This document shows positions 63,528-64,000 of a DNA stretch of 64,000 nt, one piece after another. Positions within the stretch are counted from its first letter, which is position 1, and the number at the start of each line of letters is the position of its first letter. Both the position numbers and the translations under genes were made by a program. Source of the stretch: Azolla caroliniana (taxonomy: Eukaryota; Plantae; Polypodiophyta); contig JBHGNT010000002.1 in assembly GCA_043228905.1 (NCBI GenBank), positions 22,258,001 through 22,322,000 of the forward strand, read 5' to 3'. A model generated the notes under the pieces. It was not told the DNA's origin. It saw only the letters and a program-made list of their open reading frames with translations, and did no database searches.

Positions 63528-63662
63528 CTTAACCCTGTGTCTTGGGTTTGACACCCAATTTTCTCATCTCCTTATTACTTATATATGTCGTCTTAATTTA
63601 CTAGATGCCATTGTGGAATGGATGGGTTGAACCCATGACCTTATGGTCTCCAATTTGGCCTT
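63528..63662. repeat. Second, partial copy of the convergent tRNA-like repeat seen at 59690-59820
   Basis: TGTGTCTTGGGTT..ACCCAATT..CTCATCTC and ACTAGATGCCA.TGTGGAATG..GGGTTGAACCCATGACC are shared between the two sites. Confidence 0.7.
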
Positions 63663-64000
63663 AGAAGACGTTAATATATCTTTCTTTCTTTCTTCTCTCT
63701 CTCTCTCTCTCTCTCTCTCTTTCGTATGTAGTCAAGTATAAGGAAAATTATTGGAAGTATTTGCATGATTACAAAAGCCTTATTGAAATAAAGAGAAGAA
63801 TATAAATTACTCAATAGTTTCTCCAAACGCAAGAAAAAGCACATGCATGTGCTAAAATTTGGGGGAATCGACAAGGAAAATGTGTTAAGAATTATGGTGA
63901 CTTAACACTTTTGGACTTGTCTATGCAATGTAAGAATTTATATGAGTTATCAATTGCTACATAGATTATGTGTTATGGTTCTCTTTCACATATGTATCTT

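Overview
Plant nuclear DNA, most likely from a non-seed vascular plant such as a fern or lycophyte (inferred from Tcn1-like chromoviruses, spliceosomal introns and TTTAGGG repeats). It is dominated by nested transposons. 1-18.7 kb is a stack of LTR retrotransposons: three Tcn1-like chromodomain Ty3 elements (one full length with a TSD), a tRNA-iMet-primed Ty3 and a decayed Copia. 24.8-26.4 kb holds an intact 3-exon TIP aquaporin. 37.1-39.2 kb holds eight spliced 3' exons of a DEMETER/ROS1-like gene that the ORF track largely misses. These exons lie head-to-head with an intact hAT transposase (40.4-42.5 kb). 43.6-63 kb holds a hAT MITE, LINE fragments, a Copia with mosaic LTRs, a truncated non-chromovirus Ty3 gag-pol, a solo LTR and tRNA-like repeats. 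Most notable: all three Tcn1-like LTR families start with an outward-facing (antisense) tRNA-like A-box/B-box cassette, although the one element with a visible PBS appears to self-prime. Second: the DME/ROS1 C-terminal module has no glycosylase domain in the window and sits next to a transposase. All calls were made by eye, without alignments or database searches.
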